A stretch of 63,943 bases of DNA, counting the filler, from Reticulomyxa filosa (Eukaryota; Protista; Foraminifera): assembly GCA_000512085.1 (NCBI GenBank). It is 24 parts of 24 records of this genome, joined end to end, with 100 filler letters (N's around TTAATTAATTAA, not from the genome) between each part and the next. Parts side by side here need not be neighbours in the genome. Positions count along the whole stretch, not along the records: positions 1 to 2,674 come from ASPP01012757.1; positions 2,775 to 4,723 come from ASPP01022196.1; positions 4,824 to 14,779 come from ASPP01008769.1; 21 more parts are not named here. One strand, given 5' to 3'. Under the pieces are notes generated by a model. The model saw nothing but the letters and a program-made list of their open reading frames with translations. It did no database searches and was not told where the DNA came from. A program made the translations under genes and the position numbers. Below are positions 1-12,135 of this stretch, piece by piece (the stretch's first letter is position 1; each line of letters opens with the position of its first letter).

Positions 1-488
1 CGATAGGCATGCCCCCATCAATAAAAAAATTATTTGTCCCCCCCTAACCGTTACAAAAGGAAAAAAATATAGATATTGGAATTTGAGCTTTAGCTCAGCA
101 GCAAATGTATGTATTTGTTTGTTTTTTTAAAATAAAAAATCATTTCCATTTGTGATTGTATCAATAGGGTTCAAAGTTCAAAAAGATTGTAAAGTTTGTT
201 TATTTTTTATTTTTTATTTTTTTTATTTTTTATTTCTATTTCTATTTGAGAGGGTGGGGAAACTTTGGGAGGGAAATTATGAATATTTGGGAAAAAAGAA
301 AAAAATTGAAAAAGAGAATTGGAAAAAAATTATTGAAAAAAATGAAAGGGAAAATATGTTGGAAAATTTTTTATTTAAGAAAAATGAAGAATAAAAATAA
401 AAAAGAAATTAAAAAATGCTTGAAAATGAAAAAAAAAGTTGCAAAATGTAAAAGAAAAATAAATAATAAAAAAGATTACAATGAGAAA

Positions 489-519
<31 letters not shown>

Positions 520-699
520 AAAAGAAAAAAAAAAGACAAAAAGAGACAAAAAGAGACAAAAAGGGTGGGGAAGAAATTTGAAAATAAAAACGGGATATTG
601 TTCCCGGAAAACTTGGAAATGTGCGTATGGCCACACGCACGACAATATCAAGTGGAAGTGGCCAGCAAGAAGAAGATCACGCGAAGAAGGACGAAGAGA

Positions 700-2630
700 A
701 GAAAACATGCAAAGTCCAGGAGTGCGCAAAATCGCCAATCGTTGGTGTGGATTAACTTCACATATCGCTATCAAATGGAAATTCAAACTAGTGTGGCGAT
801 GTCCGGAGATGGCAACTCGAAGAATTTGCTTGCAAGTCCCTGAGGAAACTTTTATGAGCGCGAAATTGAAACTCGTGCTGAAACTAGTCGTATGCGTACG
901 ATTATTCGCAACTTAGATTTTAGATCGTACGTATACTTATGGCAGAAATCGTGAACTCTATAAACATTGAATATTATTGACCGGTGAAAGGTAGATAGTT
1001 TATTGCATTTTTCGACTCCATCGATATAATAGTTGTTTGCTTTGCAATTGTCGAGCATGTGCTTGTTATCTTTGCTGAACAGCATGGAGTCGACTTGGAA
1101 TATAGGCGACGTGTTGGATGGCAATCAAGAAAAAAAGAACAGTGAATACGTCTAATGATGGAAAAGAAAGTGTAAATGGTAAAATCGCTCATTCGTCAGG
1201 CCAAAGTATGTCACTCGTCACAACGGCGACTAGAGTATATGGATTTGTACTTGGAAGACATCACGATATTGAATTGAAACAGTTGGCAAGATTCTACCAG
1301 ATCAATCGCAGATAATATTGGTTTTCGTGCCGCCAAAATATAAAAATAGGTTCGCCAAGATGAAAAAAAAGAAGACGTTGATATCAAGCAAAGTGAAAAC
1401 GCGTCAACGTTATGGTATAGCAGCGGTAGCAGCGACTGGATCAAAGAAGAAGTGGAAAACGATGGAGAAAAGGACGTGAAAGTTGTTAGAAAACATCGAC
1501 ATCGCGATCAAGCAAACCGCTACATTGTGTGAATCATCCAATGTAAGAGTGGTTCAATTTAGTGTGCGAAATTCACAAGACACAGACAAACAAGAAGAGT
1601 AAGATTAGTATAAGGAGTAGGAGGACGAGGACGATGAAGGGAAGAAAAAGGATATCAAGTTCGTATGTGTGTTGGAATTGTTTAAAGAAAAAAAAAAAAG
1701 AAATAACTAGTCGGTCAGTTTTGTCGAATTTGGCGATGAAATTGTGCTTTATGTCCAGAAATACGCAAATTCGCCACTCGCATGCATGGACTAACTTTTC
1801 ATATCACGCCCCAATGGAAACTGCGAGTGTGGCGACCCAAAGCACTGGAAAGAACGTTTATAATTACAAAAGTCTATGTGGATAATTGTTGACACGACTA
1901 ATCATCAAAGAGGACGTCGAAATACAATCTGCTGGAGTCAACGAACAAGAACCAACTCAGCCGTCATGGAAATGGCGCTAATTTTGTTAACCCAGAGATT
2001 GAATACTTGTGCTGAAACTAGCCGTGTGCGTGCGCACATGCACAACTTGGATTTTAATCATGGGCTCGCGGGCAATGTTGAACATTGTCGATTGGTGAAT
2101 AGAGATAGAGAGAGATAGTTGTATTTTCCGGCTCCATCGTTGCAAGAGTTGTTTGCCTCAGGCGTTTGTCGAACAAACGCCTATCATCTTTGCTCAGCTG
2201 TCTCCAGGATCGGTTATTGACTACGAACGGCGCTCAAGAAAGAAGAACAGCAGCAAATACGTCCAAAAAAAGCAACTACAAATGATATCCTCCATCAAAA
2301 AATTGTTAAATGGACGAATGGTAATAGATTGGAGAATTTCCAGCAAACGACCATTATCAAATGCCATAAAGTGTATCTCTCATTACGAGGGCGACGATAT
2401 CGGATGAATTTGGTATTTTATAAAATACAATTATAAGATGCAATTGGAACAGTTGGAAAAAAAAAAATCGCCAGTCAATCGCAGATAATACGGATCTTGC
2501 TGCTGTCCAACTATGAAAGCAAGCTTGTAAAGAAGAAAAAAAAAAAAAAAGATTTGGTAATATCACGCCAAATGGAAACGATCTCGATATTGCGGTGTCG
2601 CAACGACAGCAGCGACCAAATTGATCGAAG
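700..2630 (+). pseudogene. Two degenerate tandem copies (~700-1460 and ~1750-2630) of an unidentified coding segment
   Basis: Colinear matching blocks, e.g. gtgctgaaactag at ~875 and ~2008, tcaatcgcagataata at ~1302 and ~2475, cagcgac near 1430 and 2610. Both copies are broken by stops and frameshifts. Confidence 0.6.
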
Positions 2631-2674
<44 letters not shown>

Positions 2675-2774
2675 NNNNNNNNNNNNNNNNNNNNNNNNNN
2701 NNNNNNNNNNNNNNNNNNTTAATTAATTAANNNNNNNNNNNNNNNNNNNNNNNNNNNNNNNNNNNNNNNNNNNN
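2675..2774. other. Artificial contig linker N44-TTAATTAATTAA-N44 (first of 23)
   Basis: Identical 100-bp block with stops in all six frames. Starts at 2675, 4724, 14780, 16136, 17295, 18654, 20697, 22094, 24490, 27330, 29896, 33359, 35449, 40095, 41393, 42933, 45389, 46617, 47783, 51788, 57138, 59656, 62361. Confidence 0.99.
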
Positions 2775-2775
2775 T

Positions 2776-3024
2776 TTATGTGGAACACAATTATCACCAG
2801 ATGGTTCAACACTTGTATCATGTTCAGAAGATAGAACAATTCGATTATGGAGTAGTAATAATTGTAAAATGATTGATGTAAATGAAACTAGTTTAGTGAA
2901 ATGCATTTGGCAAGGTGGTACTCAACGTTTTGGTTTATCAATGAGAGATAGTATTTGGAAAAATACGAATGGTTTAACATCACAACAAAAATTACTTGTG
3001 ACACAACGTGGTGGAAAATTTTGA
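2776..3024 (+). CDS. C-terminal fragment of a WD40-repeat protein (5' truncated), NACHT-WD40-type tail
   Basis: Manual translation: LSPDGSTLVSCSEDRTIRLWS...KCIWQGG...GLSMRDSIWKNTNGLTSQQKLLVTQRGGKF*. Missing from the ORF track because the fragment is truncated. Confidence 0.8.
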   Translation, partial: LCGTQLSPDGSTLVSCSEDRTIRLWSSNNCKMIDVNETSLVKCIWQGGTQRFGLSMRDSIWKNTNGLTSQQKLLVTQRGGKF

Positions 3025-3621
3025 ATTTTTTTGTGAATAAACTATATTCAATATTTTTGTCTTTCTTCATTAAGATAAAATAAATATACATGTGTATATT
3101 ATTCGTTTAAAGACATACCAATATTACTGCATATTGATTGCATTTTTAAACTATTTTTCCATATTTTTGAATCATTTTCATTTTCATGTATTGTATACGA
3201 TAAATATTTGCAGTTTTTCATTGCTTCAATAATATGTAATTTAAAGTTATTGAGATATCACTCATTTGATTTTTAACAAGATAAAAAAAACATATCTCCA
3301 AGTGAGGAACGGGACAATTTTCAATTTGGATTACTTTTTATTGAAATAAATGTTAATTCAAATTTTCAATAGTTGTTGTATTTATTTGTAGTGCTTTTCT
3401 CTATCGACTGATCATTACAATTTTTTTTAAAAAAATATATAGTGATTATCCAAAGATTCAAACTTTGATAACGAGATTAATCTTTTATTTTATTTTGTTT
3501 TGTTTGATGTTTCATCAGGTGATTGTTATTATGAAATTCGCTTCATGTATTTTTTCCAATAACTAATGTAGATATCGATAAATTTTATTATTTAAAAAAA
3601 ATAAAATAAAGAAAATATTAT

Positions 3622-3827
3622 AAAAAGTGTAATTCATGTGATTGGATCCGGAGGTATAATTAAATTTAAAAATTAAGATTATTTCATAAAAATACATCCA
3701 ATTATAGTCCAAGTCAAGGGCATTTCATTTACATAATAATTATTTTTTTAAATATATTTGATAATTGATTGTCACAGAAATTAATCGAATATTTATACTA
3801 TTTATTTTTACATGAATCACACTTCTT
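3622..3827. mobile_element. ~210-bp MITE-like element, copy A
   Basis: Begins AAAAAGTGTAATTCATGT and ends ACATGAATCACACTTCTT (imperfect terminal inverted repeats). Internal caagggcatttcatttacata is shared with copy B. Confidence 0.5.
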
Positions 3828-4488
3828 TTTTGTGCATAAATTATTTTCAAAATCATTTCCTGAAGTTGTTTGTTTTTCAAAAACGTACATGACGATTTTT
3901 CAATAAAAAACATTTTTATAAAGTAAATTTTCAATGTGCTTTTTGTTATGCAAGAACAAGGAAGACTGCAAAAAATGTTTGAAATGTCAATCGACGCAAA
4001 ATGATTTTGGAGATAAACATATCAATTGTAGTGCAATTTATCATATTGTGATATCAAATTTATATCAATTATTGCTTACATATCATCAATAGCTTGGGAG
4101 ATTTATGCTAATTATTGCAAACATTCAGAACTTCGTAAACTTTAATGATATAACTTCTCTTTAGTTTTGGATAATAAATATTTTTATTAAATCGATAATA
4201 AAGTGTTAGAAAGGATTTCAAAAAGTTGATTCTAACAAAATAGGGATTGAAAGAAGAAAATTTATTTGGATGATGCAAAATCAAGCACTATTTAATACAT
4301 TTGCTCCAGAAGCTTTCATTTTACTTGACATACATACTTTGGTTTGTTATAGATTTGGAATCAAGAAAAATATTGTCAGCTTCTTTATAATCTGTCAAAT
4401 CAATAACAGTTGCTTTTGGTAATGATAAGCAAGTTTCATAAATTTTGAGAAAAGTGACGTATATAATGTTGTAAAAAATAATTTTTAT

Positions 4489-4696
4489 AAGAAGTGTTAT
4501 TCATGTGATGAGAACCGGACATATAAATACAATTTCAAAATCGGAATTACATACTAAAAATACGTCCAATTATTGTCCATATCAAGGGCATTTCATTTAC
4601 ATATTTTTATTTTTTTAATATTAATCATAATTAATCGTGTACAGAAAAAGCTTTTACATATATACCATTTTAATTTACATGAACAGCTACTTTTTT
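4489..4696. mobile_element. ~210-bp MITE-like element, copy B (direct repeat of copy A)
   Basis: Begins AAGAAGTGTTATTCATGT and ends ACATGAACAGCTACTTTT; colinear with 3622-3827. Confidence 0.5.
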
Positions 4697-4841
4697 TAAA
4701 TTTTACAAAATACTTTATAATATNNNNNNNNNNNNNNNNNNNNNNNNNNNNNNNNNNNNNNNNNNNNTTAATTAATTAANNNNNNNNNNNNNNNNNNNNN
4801 NNNNNNNNNNNNNNNNNNNNNNNAAAAAAAAAAAAGAGGCA

Positions 4842-5564
4842 ATGTCCCATTTGCAGAAAAATACGACATATGCGGATGCAGGTCGTAGCCACTCACAAGA
4901 AATGGCAAAAATGGACATTAATTTTGATACCCCATCTGTGTGTCCTGACTGTGATGCCTTTGCAGAGGCGCACACTCCCAATTGTACCCGGCGCAATCTC
5001 CATAAAGAAGGTGTGATGAGCAATGAGGAACTTGCCAGCTTTTTAATCCTTGAAAAGGCACCCGATATGCATCCTTGGTATCCTTTGGAAAAACGAAGAT
5101 GTGAATGGATCTTGTTTAACAGCAGTTAAATAAAATGTTCAAATGGCAAATCACTCTTTATTGTTTGTTTGTTTTCAAATCGTAACATTTGGTTTGTACT
5201 GGATTGAATAGGTTCACAATCGTTGAGCATACAAGTAAAGCTGGTGCGTGTGGGTAGTCCAACAGGGGTATTCATGGAGAGCGAAGAGGTTTTTTTTCCT
5301 CTTCAGGTAAAAGCCTATGCGAGCCAAAAAATTGAGGGAATTGTGTGTGCACCCACGGGCTATGGTCAATATTGCACTCGTTGGAAGATGGTCACTCTGT
5401 CCAAGAAAGATATTGGATTACATTTAGAACTGGATTTCGAGGTGCGGCCTTTGCCTCCAGACAAGGAAAAAAAGGTTGAAGACATTTGTAAAATGGGTTA
5501 TGAGCGTGAATTTGCTATCGAAATTCTGACTGCGAACAAACTGGGACGCTCGACCTTTTCTTGA
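4842..5564 (+). CDS. NBR1-like protein fragment: FW (Ig-like) domain plus C-terminal UBA; intron 5125-5211; probably 5' truncated
   Basis: Spliced product gives KRRCEWILFNS..VKLVRVG..APTGYGQYCTRWKM..IGLHLELDFEV (FW-domain pattern), then KKVEDICKMGYEREFAIEILTAN (UBA MGY loop). The GT-AG intron is in phase. Confidence 0.65.
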
Positions 5565-6049
5565 CAATGATAAACATACAACTACATAATGTTTATGTCT
5601 TCTCTTTAAATTTTTTTCTTTTATATATACAGAAAGGTATAATTAACATATACTTTGTAACTGTCTCCAACGAAACTCTTTCTTTTAAAATGTCATCATT
5701 CCAAACATCGTGCATATGCAATTTATTGGAGTCAGTTTTGATAGGAAACAGAGCGATCAAATCCTGTAATTTCATTCAAGAATACAAAATTGAATCAAAC
5801 TCTTTTTTTAATCTATTTACAAATGTTGAGTTTTAAAAATATTGCAAATGGCAGAATCTTAATAAAATATTGCTGCTGTTTGAATTGTTTGTTTTTATTG
5901 AGAAATCAAATGGAAAGAAATAAAAACTTCAATTGATTCAAAATTATTTGAATCGCGCTTAAGAAAATGACTCTCTTATTTGCAAAGATAACAGCTGTTT
6001 TTTAAAAAAACTTGTTGAGCCAAGATGTGAGCCCCCTATCAAGCCTAAA

Positions 6050-6720
6050 ATGTCTTATCTGTCCCGAGTGACATTGATCAAATCTCTTAATCCAGCAAGG
6101 GGATTAAACAAACAACTTGTGTTTTTGCAGCAATCATGGCTTACAGGAAAGCAAGACATACCAAAAACTAACGAAAAAGAGAAAACCCAAGGTACCAATC
6201 CAGGCCCTCATCAGAGCCGACTTCGCAAATCTGTGCCAACCAATGTTATAAAAGAAAGCAATCAAAGACCAAAGGAAGTGCAAAGCCAACCAACTTTGAG
6301 GGAAAGTACACAATCTACTTATCGTGGAAATACCTGTTAATTAAACAAAATTTTTTCAAAAAAGATAGAGAAAATGTTTCAAATTTTTTGAAATTTTTTT
6401 GAGACCACTGAAAAACTTTAGCAAAGAATTTCGAAGGCCGAGAGGAAAATAAACAATCCGTGATGATCCGAGGTCTGAGCTTTGAATCCTCCGCCGATGA
6501 AGTTTTTAATTTTCTCAAAGCAGAAATAGACAATGTTTTGGAAGAGGATGCGAAACGACAAGTCCGAATATCAGTGCCAAGAGAAATGGGTGGAAGGCAC
6601 AAAGGATTTGCTTTTTTAAATTGCAATGATGAGGAAATCGCAAAACAATTAATTAAAATTTTTTCTAACAAAAAAGTAGATTCGCGCGTTTTAACTGCAA
6701 AATACGCTCTATCGAGATAA
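6050..6720 (+). CDS. Single-RRM RNA-binding protein, two exons (intron 6336-6421); basic N-terminus may be an organellar targeting peptide
   Basis: RNP2 VMIRGL and RNP1 KGFAFLNC; a phase-1 GT-AG intron joins ORFs 6050-6340 and 6460-6720. Confidence 0.85.
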
Positions 6721-7145
6721 CAAAGATGAAACGTGTACTATTATTCAGTGACAGTTATGTTTATAATTTTAATGAAGGATTGCGTTAAAAACACTTACAA
6801 ACAAAGAAGCACAACTTTTAAAGACATTATCTGCATACGAACTTGCATTATAAAATTGTGTGCTTCTGTTCGTCTATAACTCAAAATAAAATTTTGTTTA
6901 ATCATTACAAATCAACTCCTAGATAAAAGAATCTTTGTTTTTAATGCATCGTTACCACACGATTCAGAATGTGGCTACTAAGATTTGCGCTTTTTTATAA
7001 AATAGTATTTGTCGCCAAAAGGCACTCATAATTGTTCATTTCCTCTTGAAACACAAAATTAATGGAAATAATAAAATCAAGAGGATAATCATAATGTATT
7101 CCTTCGAAATTTGAATATACTTCACAAAACCCGTTTTGTTTGTAA

Positions 7146-8111
7146 ATGCCAAAAATATCATTGTGGAATCGATTCAATCCAGAAAATGGGTTGCATTTGG
7201 CCGCTAGAGAAAAGAAACAAAAAGATCTCTGCGAAAAAATAATTTGTTCTAAAAGTTGGTTGGATGTTTCCACGCCGCAGAATTTTTCCACTCATAAAGC
7301 AGCCTTCCCATCGTTTAAAAGAAAAATCTGTTTATTATTGTTTTTTTTGGTAAAATTATTTTAAACTTTTTTTACTTTAAAAAAGAGGAAGTAGAGAGAC
7401 GGCGTGAGATATCACAACAAAATCAAAAATTATTGAAAACTTTAAACAATATTGCCCAACGAAAACCAAAGCGATATAAGAAACGAGAACTGATAAAATC
7501 GAACGCTGAGTATTTGAAAAAACAAAAACAAATGCAGATTGATCAAGAAAATCAACAATTGGTCAAAAAATTGTTGGAAAGTAAAGGACATATTGACAGT
7601 AATCAACTTACTTATGATTGGAATCTCCATAATACAATCTTGGAAAATCGTTTCAAGACAAAGAATTTTAAGAAAAAATTTAGACCAAAAAAAAGTTTTC
7701 AAGCAATCAAATGTTGTGAAAACTCTTATTCAAAGGAAGAAACGCCACCAAATATTGACAATAAAAAGAAGCAAAGTGTAAAACAAAGACAAAGAAGATC
7801 ACAATTCGTGAAAAATGACCCAAATTTCAATCGATTAAGAACAGCACTTCCCTTATCGAAATGTAAAAAAATACGAAATAATAACAATATTCTGAACGAT
7901 ACTGAAAGTGATGTACTATCAGATTGGGAAACTGATGAACTTTGGAAACAAAAAGAATTTATTCTTCATCAAGTTAATTCACACGTCTTTTGTTTACTTT
8001 GGTTTAACTTTGCTCTTTAAAAATTAATTTGAATGAAAAAATAAAAAAAAGGAACGAGAAAAAGAAAAATTATTTGATATCAATTTCACGCATTTGCTGC
8101 CAAAGATTTAG
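7146..8111 (+). CDS. CFAP97/Hemingway-family (KIAA1430 domain) cilia-associated protein, three exons
   Basis: KSWLDVSTP, then twin helices RRREISQQNQKLLKTLNNI and KQMQIDQENQQLVKKLLESK..DW. Second intron 7973-8051; the first donor site is uncertain. Confidence 0.65.
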
Positions 8112-8767
8112 TTGTAGAAAGACCAAGGCCAAAGAAAAAATATTTTGACTGACCAAGTTTAAAACGATGATGAAAATTTTTTCAAATTGTTAATTTTAAT
8201 TCTTTTTCATCTCTTCTTTCGCTGGCCAAGGGAGTAAAAATTGTCCGTCGTGCAAGATCTCAATCTTCAACTCTTTGGAGATTATGGAGAGGTATTACAA
8301 ACATTTTGGTTTTTCTTAAACACTTATTCACTTCTGACCCGTATCAATTTTTTCGGGAAAATAACGAAACTAATCGGTCAAAAAAACCCCCTAAAAAGAA
8401 CCAACAAACACTTCAAATGTGTTAATTTTTCATGATAAATTGGAACATTTTTTAAATGATATTTATCATACAGAGATTCTAAAAATGTATTTAGTTTTTA
8501 ATAAAAGGGCAGGAAATCCTTAATTTTCTTTAAAATATTCAAAAATGTTAATTTTTTATGAATAAAATTACAAATGTTTGTAGGGTGGTCTTGTGATTGG
8601 TTGCATAGTCCAGGAAATGTGTTTACAATAGGTTGTACATCACAATTTGAATTCAAAAACAAAAAGGAAAGATAGGTATTTCCTAAATGGACTGAAGTTA
8701 CAAATGTAGTTTCAGGATTATTGTTGCGAAAAGTATAAGTTTCCATCGATCTGACAAATGGTAACAG

Positions 8768-11427
8768 TTACAAGGCATTTTCAGGTGGCTGTTCTTCGTC
8801 AGCATGCACCTGTAGATGAGTGGACTGAGGGTCAGCTTTGTGATCTTCATCCAGCCATTGATATTTATATCGATGACTGCTATACAAGAACCCAAAAAAA
8901 TTGGCAAGTGAAAGAAAAGTGAGCAAAGTGAAATAATATTCCAATCGACCATGATTCAAATTGTCAGTGATCCATTCTTTGCCTTTCCTGGCATTAACCA
9001 TGGCAATCAAAATGCCAGTCATCCAAGAGGCTACCCCAACCGTGACCAAATAAAAAGACATCATAACACTTCGCATTTGGACAGGACTTTGGCTAAAAAA
9101 GAACTCCAAGCCAGTGATGCTGGCCAACACCTCACTGGCGCCAATCAAAGCGAATTGCGGGACTTGCCAAAATATTGACATTTTGGAAACTGGTGTTTGT
9201 CCACTGCTATCACACTCGGAGGATATATCATGCAAATCGAACGACGATGTTTGCTTGCGCGACACTTCCACAATCGCCGCAGCTGCCATTGAAAGTATTG
9301 ATAAGATTATACCCCAGCCAATGCGTTGCAGCATTGTAACCTTGTATTTCATTTTAATCAATTGTTTACTAAGAAATGGAATCCATTATATGTATACATA
9401 AATACATATACATATATACATATACATATATACATATACATATACATATATGTGTATATATATTTGATTACTTTGAAATGTTTGCGACGCAAGAAAGGTA
9501 CAATCCATTTGTCCATGACTGGAACCAACAACACAATGGGAATGACATCAAACAAATTTAAGCACGCAATTGGGACTTTGGCATTGCTCGACAAATAAAT
9601 GTTCATTTGACAACCTTGCGCATAAAAAAGGGCAGTCATCTGCACGTACACCAAATTGTAAATGCAAAAATACCCCAAAAATGGCAAGGTTTGCACTACG
9701 CTGATCACTTCGTCTACTTGTTCATTGTTGTATTGGCCTCCATATCTCTTGCGGCACACGTCCAACCAGTGATTCATCTGTAAAGGCAAAACAATGTCGA
9801 GTGTGCTACATATATATATATATATACATATATGTATATATGTATATATGTATATATTGTTGTTTATTGCATGGAATAACAAAACATTAGCTCTTTGTTC
9901 GACCGATGCTTGTCGACGACAACAAAACAGACACCAAGTCGATTTGGACAACCCAATGAACAGTATGAGGACAACGTCAAGCAGAGTGCTGTGCCCACTT
10001 GGAGGGAGTTTGCGATAGCGTCGACTACTGGAAAAGAAAACAAATAGTCCGATAGCCAAGGCCAATGTTGGGATGGTATATCCACTGGAAAACGATACTT
10101 CCTGACATAAATACGCAATCAATGTATACGCAACAAATGATCCACAATTTATGCTAAAATAAAACCAATTGAAAAATGACTCCTTTGCTTTTCGAATATC
10201 TCGCATTTCATCTAAATTACAAACATATCATATATTTGTATGGCATTTGAATTGTCGATATTCAAAAAAGTGTGTGTGAAGGATATACACCTGACACTAG
10301 CAGCTGTTCACTTGTTTGTGGTCCAGTCTTATGTATACGTAATGATGAGGGATGCACATTATCTTTTGTGTTCACATCTACGTCGTCATTGTAGCTGTCC
10401 TTGTCCTTGTCCTCGTCTTGGACTTGGATTGGGTTGGAGGGTTGGTGTTCATCTTCGCTTTGCTTGATTGTGTACAATTCTGACTCTACTTTGTGCTCGG
10501 TTTGTTTGTGTGTTTCTTGTTCTTCGTCTACAAGTTCATTCGCATTGTCCTTTTTGTCCACTTCAAATTGTTCTGCTCCCATTGTTGACACATTTGGTTT
10601 TATTCCACCTTTTTTTTTTAAAAAAAAAAACAAAATAATGATAATATGTGCAAAATGCCTCTTCTCTCTCTTTTGACATTGCGGAACTCAGTTTATTTGT
10701 TTATGTATTTATTTTAGTTTGTACCTGTGCCCATTGCGACCGAATACAATCCAATCCAAAATATTGCCTCTAACCCAGAATTGCCTCCTTTTTTGTGTGC
10801 ACTGCTCAATCCCCAACTTGCTAGTGATATCCCCAGCAACCCAATTTCATAAATGGAAGCAAATATTAATATAGATTTGTATCTTCCCAAGTAGGTATCC
10901 GCAAGATAGCCTCCGATCAATGTCATTATGTAACATGTTCCTACAAACCCCCTCACACACATACACACATACATACATATGGTGATACAAAAAACAAAAC
11001 AAAAAAAAGGCTCGTTTGTGATTTTGTGCAGTGTGTGTGCATTACGCGTACGTTTGTATGTTTTTTTTTTATGTAGCTTTGCTAACAAAGAGAATCAAAT
11101 CATAAGAAAACAAACACCAGTAAATATTGAAACATTGATTGACGCTTCTGCAGTGGACTGTCCTAATTCTCGCTTGAGAAATAATGCCAATGATCCCACC
11201 AAACCATAGTAGGCTAATCTCTCACAGAACTCACAACCGATAATTGATATTGTCACTATTTGTAGTTGGTTCTTCTCTTTTTTGCTCAGTTGTCCTTTGA
11301 AATCTAAATTGAGAGAAGGTTTCGCTAGATCGTTCATGCTTGAAGAAATTTTTGTTTCAGTATGAATCAAAAGTGATGCACTGATCGCTTGTTTTGAAGA
11401 AGGAGAGCCCGAAGGGCTGGAATTCAT
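8768..11427 (-). CDS. Proton-dependent oligopeptide transporter (POT/PTR, SLC15/NPF family), multi-exon
   Basis: EFCERLAYYG (ExxER motif), GGYLADTYLGRY, GTGGIKPNVSTMGAEQF, FFNWFYFSINCGS, WQVPQF..EVLASITGLEFFFSQSP..MRS, in order across successive exons. Confidence 0.95.
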
Positions 11428-12135
11428 ACCGGCGTTCACAACTGGGTTTATCCTTGTTTTCCTTGGTGTTTGTACTGTTTTAAACTGAGCGTAACCAATA
11501 TGTGGGAGTAAAGATAAATTGCACAGTTATAATCATGCGTAAAGCTCTTCTTCACTTAATATGCAAATGTTTAAACATTTGAATGTTTGTTGTCTTTTAG
11601 TTGAAATTACGCCAGTTCTTCGAATAATCTCTGCAAAAGTAATATTTTCTACCTTACCACGGAGATATATGTAACTACCTACTGACGATAATATTTGACC
11701 ATGAAGTGTATCAGTATTTTTACAGTTTGTTGCAGAAAACTGTAAGTGTTTGAAACTCAAAATCAACTCAAAGGAAGTACAATGCCACAATCGATTAGCA
11801 ATGTTTTCAACACTTGAATTTTTCTTTCCCATTCACAGTCAAAAAAAAAGAAAGTCAGCAAACAAAAACTAAGAATTATTTGTACAGAAAAAAAGGAAAT
11901 AAAATGCCGGCTGTTTGAAAGGTTTGACCCACCCCAAGAAATGAAGAACAGCCAACAACAAATCCATGTAATACGTACCCTCCTTTTTTTTTTTTTTTTT
12001 TGGATGTTTTTTTTTCGCGATTGAAACCCTTTGCCCTCATGTTTCATCCTTTGTCCGCGTTCCCTGTGATTTTCATCAAAAAATTGCTCTCCCCTCCCTT
12101 ATCAAATATTTCACTCCATTGTTGGATTTCCAATA

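Noticed and set aside
152-600. Lys- or Phe-rich ORFs here and at 19505-19753, 23337-23647 and 12812-13819
   Set aside because: Products of A/T homopolymers, or antisense to low-complexity coding sequence.
1800-1860. UBR-box-like GNCECGDPKHWK
   Set aside because: The tandem sister copy conserves a different frame (WK..VWR), and the other UBR ligands are not clearly present.
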